Positions 19,396-29,480 of a DNA stretch of 64,000 bases are shown here, one piece after another. The first letter of the stretch is position 1. Each line of letters begins with the position of its first letter. The stretch is from assembly GCA_963713975.1 (NCBI GenBank), contig OY970218.1:384001-448000 (forward strand), written 5' to 3'. The notes beneath the pieces are model-generated. The model searched no databases. It saw nothing but the letters and a program-made list of their open reading frames with translations, and was not told the DNA's origin. Source of the stretch: an uncultured Chloroflexia bacterium (GTDB lineage Bacteria; Chloroflexota; Limnocylindria; Limnocylindrales; CSP1-4). A program made the position numbers and the translations under genes.

Positions 19396-19508
19396 GGGGC
19401 AGCTCCAGGGGGATCAGCGAGAAGGGTGGCGGCTGGCGGCCGACGCGCCCGGGGGCTTGCGTGCAGCCCTGCACGCGGGACTCGGCACCGGAGGCCGGAC
19501 CGCGGCCC

Positions 19509-20879
<1,371 letters not shown>

Positions 20880-20880
20880 C

Positions 20881-21420
20881 TCAAGCCTCCCCGGCCACGG
20901 CGGGATCGTCGGGCAGTACCAGCGGCTCCTGGATGGCCGCGACCTGCTCGCCGTACTCCACGGCGTCCCCGGTCTCCACGAGCACCTCGACCAGGATGCC
21001 GTCGATGGGCGCGACCACGTCCTGCGGGATGCCCAGCAGGTCCACAACGGCGATGCGGTCGCCCGAGCGCACCCGGCTGCCGACCTGCGCGATGGCGCGG
21101 AACTGGCCGACGGACGGCGAGGTCGCGATGGCCCGGTGCGGGTCCGGCGCGACGGCGACCAGGGGCGCGGCCACGGTGGACCGTGCAGGGGCGAGGACAC
21201 CGGGTCGCGACCGCTCACGACGGGTGACGACCGAGGCGCCCGCGGGGCGGCGGAGCCGGATGGCCCAGTCCCCTTCCCGGACCTCAAGCTCGCCGAGCCC
21301 GGAGCCGTTCAGCTTCTCGACCAGGGCAGGCAGGAGCGTCTCCGACAGACGGGCGAGACCGGCATGGTCGGCCTGGCGCTGGGCCGGGCTGCGATCGCTC
21401 GTGCGGTGCGGTTCGGGCAT
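20881..21420 (-). CDS. AccB/BCCP-like protein lacking the biotin-acceptor lysine (BADC-like)
   Basis: BCCP N-terminal motif (SGLGELEVREGDWAIRLRR) and biotinyl-domain pattern (SPSVGQF..VGSRVRSGD..APIDG..VEYGE), but DLLGI in place of EAMKL. Confidence 0.8.
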   Translation of the reverse strand: MPEPHRTSDRSPAQRQADHAGLARLSETLLPALVEKLNGSGLGELEVREGDWAIRLRRPAGASVVTRRERSRPGVLAPARSTVAAPLVAVAPDPHRAIATSPSVGQFRAIAQVGSRVRSGDRIAVVDLLGIPQDVVAPIDGILVEVLVETGDAVEYGEQVAAIQEPLVLPDDPAVAGEA

Positions 21421-21423
21421 CGG

Positions 21424-22455
21424 CTAGACGTCCTCACGGGCGGGTGGTTCCTGGCGACGCCCGACGGGGAGCGGCGCGGGCATGGCGCGCTGGCCGGCTT
21501 CGATCAGCCCCCGCAGTCGGTCCGCAAGACCGGTCCTGGGGGGCACGGGCGGGATGGCTGACGGCACGGCGATCTCGCCGAATGCGCCGAAGGCACGGTA
21601 CCGGCGATATCGCTGCTCCACCAGCACGTCCACGGGAATGGCCGTCAGGCGGTCAAGCTCGCGGACGATGACCGCCTTCAGGCGGGCTCCGGTCTCGGCC
21701 GGATCCGTGTGGGCGCCGTCCGGCGGTTCCGCGATGACCTCGTCGACGACGCCCAGCTCCAGCTGGTCCTGGACGCTCATCCGCATGGCCAGGGCGGCCG
21801 TGGCCGCCTCGTCGGTCGTGCGCCACAGGATGCTGGCACAGCCCTCCGGGGTGATCACGGAGTACACCGCGTTCTCGAGGGCAAGGACCACGTCGCCCAC
21901 CGCGATGGCCAGGGCCCCACCGGAGCCGCCCTCGCCGGTGATCACGGCCACGATGGGCGTGCGGAGACGGGTCATCAGGCCCACCGAGCGGGCGATCGCC
22001 TCCGCGATGCCCCGCTCCTCGGACTCGGGGCCCGGGTGCGCCCCGGGCACGTCCACGAACGTCACGACCGGCAGGCCGGACCGTTCCGCCAGCTCCATGA
22101 CCCGCATTGCCTTGCGGTAGCCCTCGGGATGCGGCATGCCGAAGTTGCGGCGGACGTTCTCCTCGGTGTCCGTGCCCTTCTGCTGGCCGATGACGGCGAC
22201 GCGGTGGCCGCCGATGATCGCGAAGCCCGCGACGATCGCCTCGTCGTCGCCGAACAGCCGGTCCCCGTGGAGCTCCACGAACTCGTCGGCCATCGAATCG
22301 ACCAGCTCCAGCGTCCGCGGGCGGCGGAGGTTGCGCGCCAGCTGGATCCGGCCCCACACGACGGCCTTGCGGTCGACGGGCGGCTCGGGATCGGGGGCGG
22401 CACCGGCCTCCGCGTTCTCCGGGTCCCGCCCGCGTCCCAGGATCCGCTCAACCAC
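21424..22455 (-). CDS. accA: Acetyl-CoA carboxylase carboxyltransferase alpha subunit
   Basis: ELHGDRLFGDD, NFGMPHPEGYRKA, GEGGSGGALA, YSVITPEGCASILW. Confidence 0.95.
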   Translation of the reverse strand: MVERILGRGRDPENAEAGAAPDPEPPVDRKAVVWGRIQLARNLRRPRTLELVDSMADEFVELHGDRLFGDDEAIVAGFAIIGGHRVAVIGQQKGTDTEENVRRNFGMPHPEGYRKAMRVMELAERSGLPVVTFVDVPGAHPGPESEERGIAEAIARSVGLMTRLRTPIVAVITGEGGSGGALAIAVGDVVLALENAVYSVITPEGCASILWRTTDEAATAALAMRMSVQDQLELGVVDEVIAEPPDGAHTDPAETGARLKAVIVRELDRLTAIPVDVLVEQRYRRYRAFGAFGEIAVPSAIPPVPPRTGLADRLRGLIEAGQRAMPAPLPVGRRQEPPAREDV

Positions 22456-23299
22456 GGCTCGCCTCCACGGGCTGCGGCGCGAGGTAGCGCAGGATCCGCG
22501 CCAGCTCCTGGCGCAGCTCCGGGCGGGCCACGACCCGGTCCACGAACCCGTGGCGGTAGAGGAACTCCGAGCGCTGGAAGCCCGGAGGCAGCTCGACCCC
22601 GATCGTCCCCGCACCGACGCGCGCGCCGGCGAACCCGATCAGAGCGTTGGGCTCAGCCAGGTTGACGTCGCCCATCGCGGCATAGGAGGCGAACACGCCG
22701 CCCGTCGTCGGATCGGACATCACCGACACGTAGGGGACGCGCGACGCGCGCATCCGCTCCAGCGCGGCCATGGTCTTGGCGAGCTGCATCAGCGCCAGCG
22801 TCCCCTCCTGCATCCGCGCACCGCCCGATGCGGACACGATCACCAGCGGCACCCGCTCCGCGAGCGCGCCCTCTGCGGCCCGCGCGACCTTCTCCCCCAC
22901 GACCGCGCCCATCGATCCCCCCATGAACCCGAAGTCCATGACGAGGATCGCGATCCGCTGGCCCTCGATCCGTCCGTACCCCCAGACGGCAGCATCACGC
23001 ATCCCGGTGGCCAGCTGGGCCGCGGCCACGCGGTCAGGGTAGGGCTTCTGGTCCACGAAGCCCAGCGGGTCCTCGGAGACGAGGCCGGGGTCGCGCTCCT
23101 CGAACGTGCCCCCGTCCAGCAGCTGGCTCAGGCGGACCGGCGCCGGGAGGCGGAAATGATGCCCGCAGGACGGGCAGACGCTCATCGCCTTCTCGAGCTG
23201 CTTGTTGAACAGCTGCTCCTCGCAGCTCGGGCAGCGTGTCCACAGCTTCTCCGGGAACGCGTCCCGGCGGGGTCGGAACTGGGGGAACTTCACGGGCAT
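22448..23299 (-). CDS. accD: Acetyl-CoA carboxylase carboxyltransferase beta subunit
   Basis: CPSC..CPSC zinc ribbon, FMGGSMG, SGGARMQEG, PTTGGV.AS, IGFAGAR, FQRSEFL. Confidence 0.95.
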   Translation of the reverse strand: MPVKFPQFRPRRDAFPEKLWTRCPSCEEQLFNKQLEKAMSVCPSCGHHFRLPAPVRLSQLLDGGTFEERDPGLVSEDPLGFVDQKPYPDRVAAAQLATGMRDAAVWGYGRIEGQRIAILVMDFGFMGGSMGAVVGEKVARAAEGALAERVPLVIVSASGGARMQEGTLALMQLAKTMAALERMRASRVPYVSVMSDPTTGGVFASYAAMGDVNLAEPNALIGFAGARVGAGTIGVELPPGFQRSEFLYRHGFVDRVVARPELRQELARILRYLAPQPVEASRG

Positions 23300-23910
23300 C
23301 AGGCGGGCCCTCCGAGGCCGACGCCGGCGAGCGCCGCCGCACGGCGCGCACGAGCGACACGGACGGCTCGACCCATGGCGCCGCCGCCCGAGCGACCGGC
23401 TGGACGGGACGCCCGCCAGGCCACCCACGCGACGCCCGCGATGGAGATGGCGGCGGACGTGATCGCCCCACCGACCAGGAGGGGCCGACGGTCGGCAGAC
23501 CCGACGGTCACGCGCTCCACCGCAGCCGCATCGGATGGATCGAGGTCGCCGCGCAGGATCGCGTCCAGGACGGGGTCGGCTCCGTCCGCGCGCCGGCCGT
23601 TGCCCGGCATCCGGCCGGCCAGCGGGACGACGGCACCCGACGACGCAGCGCCGGCAGCGGCAGCCTGAGATGCGGCGAGCTCGTTGAGGCGCCCGGCGAG
23701 GCGCTCCTCGAACCGGAATGACGGATGGACACGGACCAGCACGCGTCGGAGCACCCGCGCAGCGTCGCGCAGGTCGGGGTCCAGGGCGGCGTCGGCCGGG
23801 GCGTCGAGCGCGTGGCGGTCGCCCGCGGCCAGCAGGTCATCGAGGTAGCGGTCCGCGACCAGGGCATCCACCTCGATGGCGTCGCGGTCAGGCAGTCGCG
23901 GGAGGGTCAC
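23299..23910 (-). CDS. Single-TM hypothetical protein, putative anti-sigma factor
   Basis: Overlaps the ECF sigma stop (GTGA); helical N-terminal region (HPSFRFEERL) and one C-terminal TM (LLVGGAITSAAISIAGVAWVAW). Confidence 0.55.
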   Translation of the reverse strand: MTLPRLPDRDAIEVDALVADRYLDDLLAAGDRHALDAPADAALDPDLRDAARVLRRVLVRVHPSFRFEERLAGRLNELAASQAAAAGAASSGAVVPLAGRMPGNGRRADGADPVLDAILRGDLDPSDAAAVERVTVGSADRRPLLVGGAITSAAISIAGVAWVAWRASRPAGRSGGGAMGRAVRVARARRAAALAGVGLGGPA

Positions 23911-24545
23911 GATCGGGCCCCACGGTCCCGGCCGAGCTCCCGGGCGACGGAGCCGAGGGCGCGGTGGATGAGCACCCGGACGGCGCCTTCCGACCGGCCC
24001 AGGATGCCGGCGATCTCGGCCGTGCTCATCTCGTCCACGAACCGGAGGACCAGGGCACGGCGGCGGTCGTCGGGGAGCGCCTGGAGCGCCCGGAGCGCCT
24101 CGGCGGCCTCGTCCCGGATGACGACCTGGGCCTCGATGTCCTGCGCGTCCTGGAGCGCGAGGCCGGCGCCCAGCGCCACCTCGAGCGAATCCGCGGGGCG
24201 CCGGCGCCGGGATCGCCGCTCGTTGGCCACGACGTTGCGGGCGATGCGGAACAGCCAGACCCGGAACGTGGACGCGTCGGGTCCGTCCTCGGGGCGTGCC
24301 TGCTCGCGGAAACGGGGCAGCGCGGCGAGCGCCCTAAGGAAGGTGCGCTCAGTCGCGTCCTCGGCGGCGTGATGGTCGGCAAGCTCGTAGAGCGCGTAGG
24401 CGTACACCTGGGCCAGGTACTTCCGGTAGAGCGCGTCGAAGTGGGCAGGGTCCCGGCGGGCCGCCTCGACGAGGGAGCGGTCGCGGTCGAGGACAACGAC
24501 CGGGGCCGTCGTCCGCTCACGTCTTCCCAACACCGGTCGTGCCAT
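23907..24545 (-). CDS. ECF RNA polymerase sigma factor
   Basis: Region 2 (FDALYRKY..AEDATERTF..FRVWLFRIARN) and region 4 (LPDDRRRALVLRF..STAEIAGILGRSEGAVRVLIHRAL). Confidence 0.93.
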   Translation of the reverse strand: MARPVLGRRERTTAPVVVLDRDRSLVEAARRDPAHFDALYRKYLAQVYAYALYELADHHAAEDATERTFLRALAALPRFREQARPEDGPDASTFRVWLFRIARNVVANERRSRRRRPADSLEVALGAGLALQDAQDIEAQVVIRDEAAEALRALQALPDDRRRALVLRFVDEMSTAEIAGILGRSEGAVRVLIHRALGSVARELGRDRGARS

Positions 24546-24550
24546 CGGCG

Positions 24551-25438
24551 TTACACCCGTCCCGGCGCCAGGCGCACGCGAACGACGTCGCCCGCATGGA
24601 CCCCGCGCTCGCCGCCGGGGGCGGCGGCGTCCTCCACGACCAGCGCGCCCGTCGCGGCGTCGACGCCGAGAGCGGCCACCGGTTCGGCAACGGAGCCGTC
24701 GGCCGCCTCGAGGGCCACGAGCCGGCCGGTCGTCGCCTGCCGGTCCGCCCAGGTGGCGATGTCGAAGTAGCCGGCTCGCAGGCTCTCGACTCGCGCATCG
24801 AGGCGCTCCATGAAGCCCGCGAGCAGGTGGTCGCGGTCGATGGGCCGCCCGCCCGATGCCTCGCGCAGGCTGGTCATGGTCGGGGCGAGGTCGGACGGGA
24901 AGTCGCCGGCCGCCCAGTCCGCGTTGAGCCCGATGCCCACCACAACGCGCGGGTCGTCGGTGCCCAGCGCCTCCGTCTCGCCCAGGACTCCGGCCACCTT
25001 GCGCAACGCGAGGGGCGCCGCCAGGCGTGCCGCCGCCGCCTCGTGGGTCAGATCGCCCACGAGCAGCGCCCTCGGTCCCGCGGTCTCGATCACCAGGTCG
25101 TTGGGCCACTTGAGGCGGAGCGCGCCCACCGGGAGCCCGGCCTCGTCCTCCGCCGCATCGCACATCGCGAGCGCGACGGTGGCGGCGATGCGCCACGCGC
25201 GGTCGGGTGGCAGCCACGCGGGACGGAAGCCCATGGACATCAGCAGCGCCGCACCTGCCGGCGCCGTCCAGGTCCGTCCCAGGCGACCCCGGCCCGCGGT
25301 CTGCTCGTCGGCCACGGCAAGGCACACCTCGGGAACGCCGGCGCCCAGCCACGACCGTACGAGGTCGTTGGTGCTGCCGACCGCCGCGAGACGCTCGACG
25401 CGGCTGAACAGGCTGCTGGCGGCTGCCGCCTCGATCAC
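24551..25438 (-). CDS. birA: Biotin--[acetyl-CoA carboxylase] ligase, no N-terminal HTH
   Basis: GSTND, QTAGRGRLGRTW, LKWPND, RKVAGVL, VGIGLN, HAGDV. Confidence 0.93.
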   Translation of the reverse strand: MIEAAAASSLFSRVERLAAVGSTNDLVRSWLGAGVPEVCLAVADEQTAGRGRLGRTWTAPAGAALLMSMGFRPAWLPPDRAWRIAATVALAMCDAAEDEAGLPVGALRLKWPNDLVIETAGPRALLVGDLTHEAAAARLAAPLALRKVAGVLGETEALGTDDPRVVVGIGLNADWAAGDFPSDLAPTMTSLREASGGRPIDRDHLLAGFMERLDARVESLRAGYFDIATWADRQATTGRLVALEAADGSVAEPVAALGVDAATGALVVEDAAAPGGERGVHAGDVVRVRLAPGRV

Positions 25439-25445
25439 CGGGCGA

Positions 25446-26750
25446 TCAGCCCGCGCCGGAGCCGGCGGCCTCGACGGCTTCGGGCTGCTCCAGCTCGAAG
25501 CCGGCATGGAGTGCGCGAACCGCCTCTTCCACGCGGTCCTCGGCGATGATCGTCGTGATCCGGATCTCGGACGTGGAGATCATCTCGATGTTGATCCCGT
25601 GATCCGCCAGGGTCCCGAACATGCGGGCCGCGTAGCCCGGCGCGTTGTGGATCCCTGCCCCCACGATCGATACCTTGGCGACGGCCGAGTCCGTCGTCAT
25701 GTCCCGGAAGCCGAGATCGCGGATGAGCGGCTCGAGGATCCGCTTGGCCTTCGCCAGCTCCACCCGCGGGATGGTGAACGAGAGGTCCGTGGCGCCGCCG
25801 TGGCCCACGTTCTGAACGATCATGTCCACGTTGATCCCGTTGTCCGCGAGCGGACCGAACACGCTGCGGGCCACACCCGGCTTGTCCGGCACGTCGACGA
25901 GCGTGACCTTGGCGACGTTCCGGTCATGGGCGATCCCCCGGACCTTGTTCCGCTGCTCCACGAGCGGGTCCTCCCTGATCTGTGTGCCGGGCGCGTCCTC
26001 GAACGAGCTGAGCACCTCGATGACGACGTCGTTGACCCAGCCGAGCTCCACGGCGCGGACCTGCATCACCTGGGCGCCCTGGTGGGCCAGCTCCATCATC
26101 TCCTCGTAGCCCACGATGGAGAGCTGGCGTGCATCCCCGGCGATCCGGGGGTCTGCGGAGTAGATGCCCTTGACATCGGTGTAGATCTGGCAGCGGTCCG
26201 CATCGAGCTGGGCGGCCAGCGCGACCGCCGTGGTGTCCGAGCCGCCACGCCCCAGGGTCGTCATCTCGGCTGCGTGCACGTCGCTCGCGGTCGGGCTGGA
26301 CGCGAGGACCTCGAGGGGAGCGACGCTCATGCCCTGGAACCCGGCGACGATCACGACCTTGCCGGCGGCGAGCTCCGCACGGACGCGCCGGGGGTCGATC
26401 CCCGCGATCCGTGCCTTTCCATAGCGGCCGTCGGTGGTGATCCCGGCCTGCGGCCCCGTGAGGCTGATAGCGGGCACGCCCATCGAATGCAGGGCCATGG
26501 ACATCAGGGTGGCGCTCTGGTGCTCGCCCGTGGCCAGCAGGACGTCGAGCTCGCGGGCGTCCGGGTCGTCCGTGACCGCGGCGGCCAGGGCGAGCAGCTC
26601 GTCAGTGGTGTCGCCCATCGCGGACACGACGACGACCAGCTGCGAGCCATTGGCCCGCTCGCGGGCGATGCGGCGGGCGACGCGCTTTACGCGCTCCGCG
26701 TCCGCGACCGACGAGCCACCGAACTTCATGACGACGAGGGGGCTGGGCAT
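25446..26750 (-). CDS. lysC: Aspartate kinase with two ACT domains
   Basis: VMKFGGSSV, VVSAMGDTTD, TTLGRGGSDTTAVA, DPR, INIEMISTSEIRI. Confidence 0.96.
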   Translation of the reverse strand: MPSPLVVMKFGGSSVADAERVKRVARRIARERANGSQLVVVVSAMGDTTDELLALAAAVTDDPDARELDVLLATGEHQSATLMSMALHSMGVPAISLTGPQAGITTDGRYGKARIAGIDPRRVRAELAAGKVVIVAGFQGMSVAPLEVLASSPTASDVHAAEMTTLGRGGSDTTAVALAAQLDADRCQIYTDVKGIYSADPRIAGDARQLSIVGYEEMMELAHQGAQVMQVRAVELGWVNDVVIEVLSSFEDAPGTQIREDPLVEQRNKVRGIAHDRNVAKVTLVDVPDKPGVARSVFGPLADNGINVDMIVQNVGHGGATDLSFTIPRVELAKAKRILEPLIRDLGFRDMTTDSAVAKVSIVGAGIHNAPGYAARMFGTLADHGINIEMISTSEIRITTIIAEDRVEEAVRALHAGFELEQPEAVEAAGSGAG

Positions 26751-26881
26751 GCCGCGCATTCTAGCGGAGCATGCGCCTCGCTCCATCGACAGCGGCGGAG
26801 GCGCGACGGATCCCCGTCAGCGGGCGACAATCCGGGCCACGGTATCCACCACCCGGACGCGCGCCCCAGGAGGTCCTCCAG

Positions 26882-27652
26882 ATGTGCTTCGACCACGACT
26901 CCCGTCCGCCGATCGCACCCATCGAGGGCGGATCGCTCGACGCACAGGAGATCGCGATCGAGGCCGCCGACGGCAACCGTTTCGCCGCCTTCATGGCGCG
27001 CGCCGTCGAGCCTGGTGGTGGCGGCATCGTCGTCCTGCCCGACGTCCGCGGGCTGCATGCCTACTACCGGGAGCTCGCGCTGCGGTTCGCCGAACATGGC
27101 GTCGAGGCGCTCGCCATCGACTACTTCGGGCGCAGCGCCGGGATCGGCGACCGGGGCCCGGACTTCGACTGGCAGACGCACGTGCCGCAGACCACCTACG
27201 ACGGCCTTCGCGCCGACGTCACGGCAGCGGTAGCGCAGCTTCGGGCGATGACGGCGGTCACCCGCGTCTACACGATCGGCTTCTGCATGGGCGGGCGACT
27301 GGCGTTCCTGAGCGACGGCTTCGGCCTTGGCGTGGCGGGCGTCATCGGGTTCTACGGATGGCCAACGGGCCCCTCCCGCAACGGGACTCCGGCACCCGCA
27401 GAGGTGGCGGCGACCTTCGAGGCTCCCGTGCTCGGGATCTTCGGCGGCGCGGACGAGGGGATCGACCAGGAGGCCGTGGCGGCGTTCGAGCAGGCGCTGA
27501 GCGATGCGGAGGTCACGCACAGGGTGATCACCTACCCCGACGCTCCGCACTCGTTCTTCGACCGCAAGGTGGACGCGTTCGCGGGTGTCTCGTCCCTGGC
27601 CTGGGACGAGGTCCTGGATTTCCTCGGCCGCGGGACCGACGCCGCACGATGA
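26882..27652 (+). CDS. Dienelactone hydrolase family protein
   Basis: PDVRGL, GFCMGG nucleophile elbow, GGAD, YPDAPHSFFD; RBS GGAGG upstream. Confidence 0.9.
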   Translation: MCFDHDSRPPIAPIEGGSLDAQEIAIEAADGNRFAAFMARAVEPGGGGIVVLPDVRGLHAYYRELALRFAEHGVEALAIDYFGRSAGIGDRGPDFDWQTHVPQTTYDGLRADVTAAVAQLRAMTAVTRVYTIGFCMGGRLAFLSDGFGLGVAGVIGFYGWPTGPSRNGTPAPAEVAATFEAPVLGIFGGADEGIDQEAVAAFEQALSDAEVTHRVITYPDAPHSFFDRKVDAFAGVSSLAWDEVLDFLGRGTDAAR

Positions 27653-27927
27653 GCTTCCTGCGGCGGCTCCTCGGGGGCACGAGCGGCGGCCATGACGGCG
27701 GCCGGGGGGACGGCGCAGCGGCAGGTCCCACGACGGCCGCCCCCGTCGAGACAGACGAGGTGGACCGCGATCGCGAGCTCCTTCGCGCCGACGCCGCCCG
27801 CCTGGAGAATGACCTGCTCCAGCGCCAGCTCCGGTACGCGGATCGGGCCTGGACGCCGCCTGCCCAGGGTGGCGAGCGGCGGGCCGACGACGGCGCCCAC
27901 AGGGATGACGACGGAGATGCCCGGTAG
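27649..27927 (+). CDS. Small hypothetical protein (92 aa)
   Basis: ATGA overlap with hydrolase stop; MSFLRRLLGG N-terminus; fills the gap up to the convergent MFS gene. Confidence 0.6.
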   Translation: MSFLRRLLGGTSGGHDGGRGDGAAAGPTTAAPVETDEVDRDRELLRADAARLENDLLQRQLRYADRAWTPPAQGGERRADDGAHRDDDGDAR

Positions 27928-27929
27928 GC

Positions 27930-29129
27930 CTACGCGCCCATGCGCCGTGCCGTCCACGCCGCGATGCCGGAGGCGAACGCCAGGGCCGCGGCCCCGAGCA
28001 TCGCCACCTGCATGCCCACCGTCGCCGACATGAACCCGACGGCCGGCGGGTAGACGACGGCACCGACCACTGCGGCGAAGATCAGGGTCCCGCTGACGGT
28101 CGCCGAACGGCCCGGCATCCGCTCCCCGGCGGCGGCGACGATCAACGGGAAGATCGGGCCGAAGGCGAGCCCCACCGCGCCGAACAGGACCGGCGACAGG
28201 GGCGACACGGGCACCAGCACGGCCACGGCCAACAGGATCGAGCCCGTCATCGCGAGCACCGCCGTGGCCGCCTGCGGCTCCACCCGGTTCCCGATCCTCG
28301 CGAACACCAGCCGTCCCATCGCGATCCCGCCCCAGAACAGCGTCAGGGCGGTGCTCGCGAGGGTCAGCGACAGGTCGTCCAGGTAGCGCACGAGCCAGTC
28401 CGAGACGCCGGCCTCGGCGGCCACGTAGCAGCCCGAGGCCAGCGCCAGCACGAGCAGGAAGCGGGGGAGCCGCCGGGCCGCCGGCGCATCCGTGATCGGC
28501 ATGTCCCGCGGTGGCTCCGGGACGATCGCGTGCGCCGGTACGGTCAACGCCAGGCCGACGGCGGCCACCAGGACGGCGAAGCCCGTGGCCGTCATGACCA
28601 GCTGCCATGGGGCCCCGGCACTCACCGCCGTGGCGATCACGAGGGGCGCCATCAGAGCCCCCACGCTGTAGGAGACGTGCAGCAGGTTCAACGCCCGGCC
28701 ACGAGCGTGCGGGAACAGGTCCAGCACGAGGGCATTGAGCCCGACATCCGCGGTCGACGCCCCGATGCTGACGAGGATCCCCGCCAATGCGAACACGACC
28801 CAGGCACCCGTGAACCCCTGGACCATCAGCCCGCCCGCCATCAGCAGCGCGGCGCCGGTCAGGACGAGCCTCGACCCGGCCCTGCGGATGATCCGCCCGC
28901 CGAACACGGAGCCAAACCCGTAGGCGAGCGCGGTGACCAGGAAGTAGCCGCCCATGCCCGCGTCGGTCTGGTCGAAGGCCGGCAGCACGAACAGGATGAG
29001 GGACGGGACGAGGAGCGCCCGCCAGCCGACCAGGATGTAGGCGAACCCCGCGACGAGGCCGGTCCGCAGGGCGCCGTCCGATGTGCGGGTCGTGCTCCCG
29101 CTGCCGGAGGCTGGCACGGGGTCACTCAT
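27930..29129 (-). CDS. MFS transporter (FucP/TsgA-like)
   Basis: About 12 TM segments; ALNLLHVSYSVGALMAP, YVAAEAGVSDW, GPIFP. Confidence 0.88.
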   Translation of the reverse strand: MSDPVPASGSGSTTRTSDGALRTGLVAGFAYILVGWRALLVPSLILFVLPAFDQTDAGMGGYFLVTALAYGFGSVFGGRIIRRAGSRLVLTGAALLMAGGLMVQGFTGAWVVFALAGILVSIGASTADVGLNALVLDLFPHARGRALNLLHVSYSVGALMAPLVIATAVSAGAPWQLVMTATGFAVLVAAVGLALTVPAHAIVPEPPRDMPITDAPAARRLPRFLLVLALASGCYVAAEAGVSDWLVRYLDDLSLTLASTALTLFWGGIAMGRLVFARIGNRVEPQAATAVLAMTGSILLAVAVLVPVSPLSPVLFGAVGLAFGPIFPLIVAAAGERMPGRSATVSGTLIFAAVVGAVVYPPAVGFMSATVGMQVAMLGAAALAFASGIAAWTARRMGA

Positions 29130-29252
29130 GCGCCGATGGTATCGGGGGTCCGATCCTCGGGCGGCCCGGAGCGGCAGGTGGCCCGGGACGGTGCGCCGTC
29201 GTCGCGCGGCGCGTACGCTGTCGGCGACCAATCCCACCACCAAGGGGGCTCG

Positions 29253-29480
29253 ATGAAGGAACGGCTCATCGGCGACGACCAGCTGCTGGTCACGGCCGAC
29301 ACGACCATGGGCGACCCGCTCTGGGACTGGGTCGCCGCAGACGCGGCCCGACGCGCACCGGACGGCTGGCGCATCACGAACATCGGTGCCGTGCCCACGG
29401 GCCAGGCAGCCCCGAACCCGGCATACGGCTACGCGCCGGCACCAACGGGCGTCACCCTCTGGGTGCTCTACCGGCGGTGA
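29253..29480 (+). CDS. Small hypothetical protein (75 aa), possibly DUF4177-like
   Basis: RBS AAGGGGG; DGWRITNI...LWVLYRR pattern; GTGA overlap with next gene. Confidence 0.55.
   Translation: MKERLIGDDQLLVTADTTMGDPLWDWVAADAARRAPDGWRITNIGAVPTGQAAPNPAYGYAPAPTGVTLWVLYRR

Noticed and set aside
24810-27233. Very long alternative ORFs (e.g. 24810-27233, 7962-10007, 40649-42622, 19461-21227, 49291-51075)
   Set aside because: Antisense or off-frame shadows of clearly identified genes, expected in high-GC DNA; no recognisable motifs.
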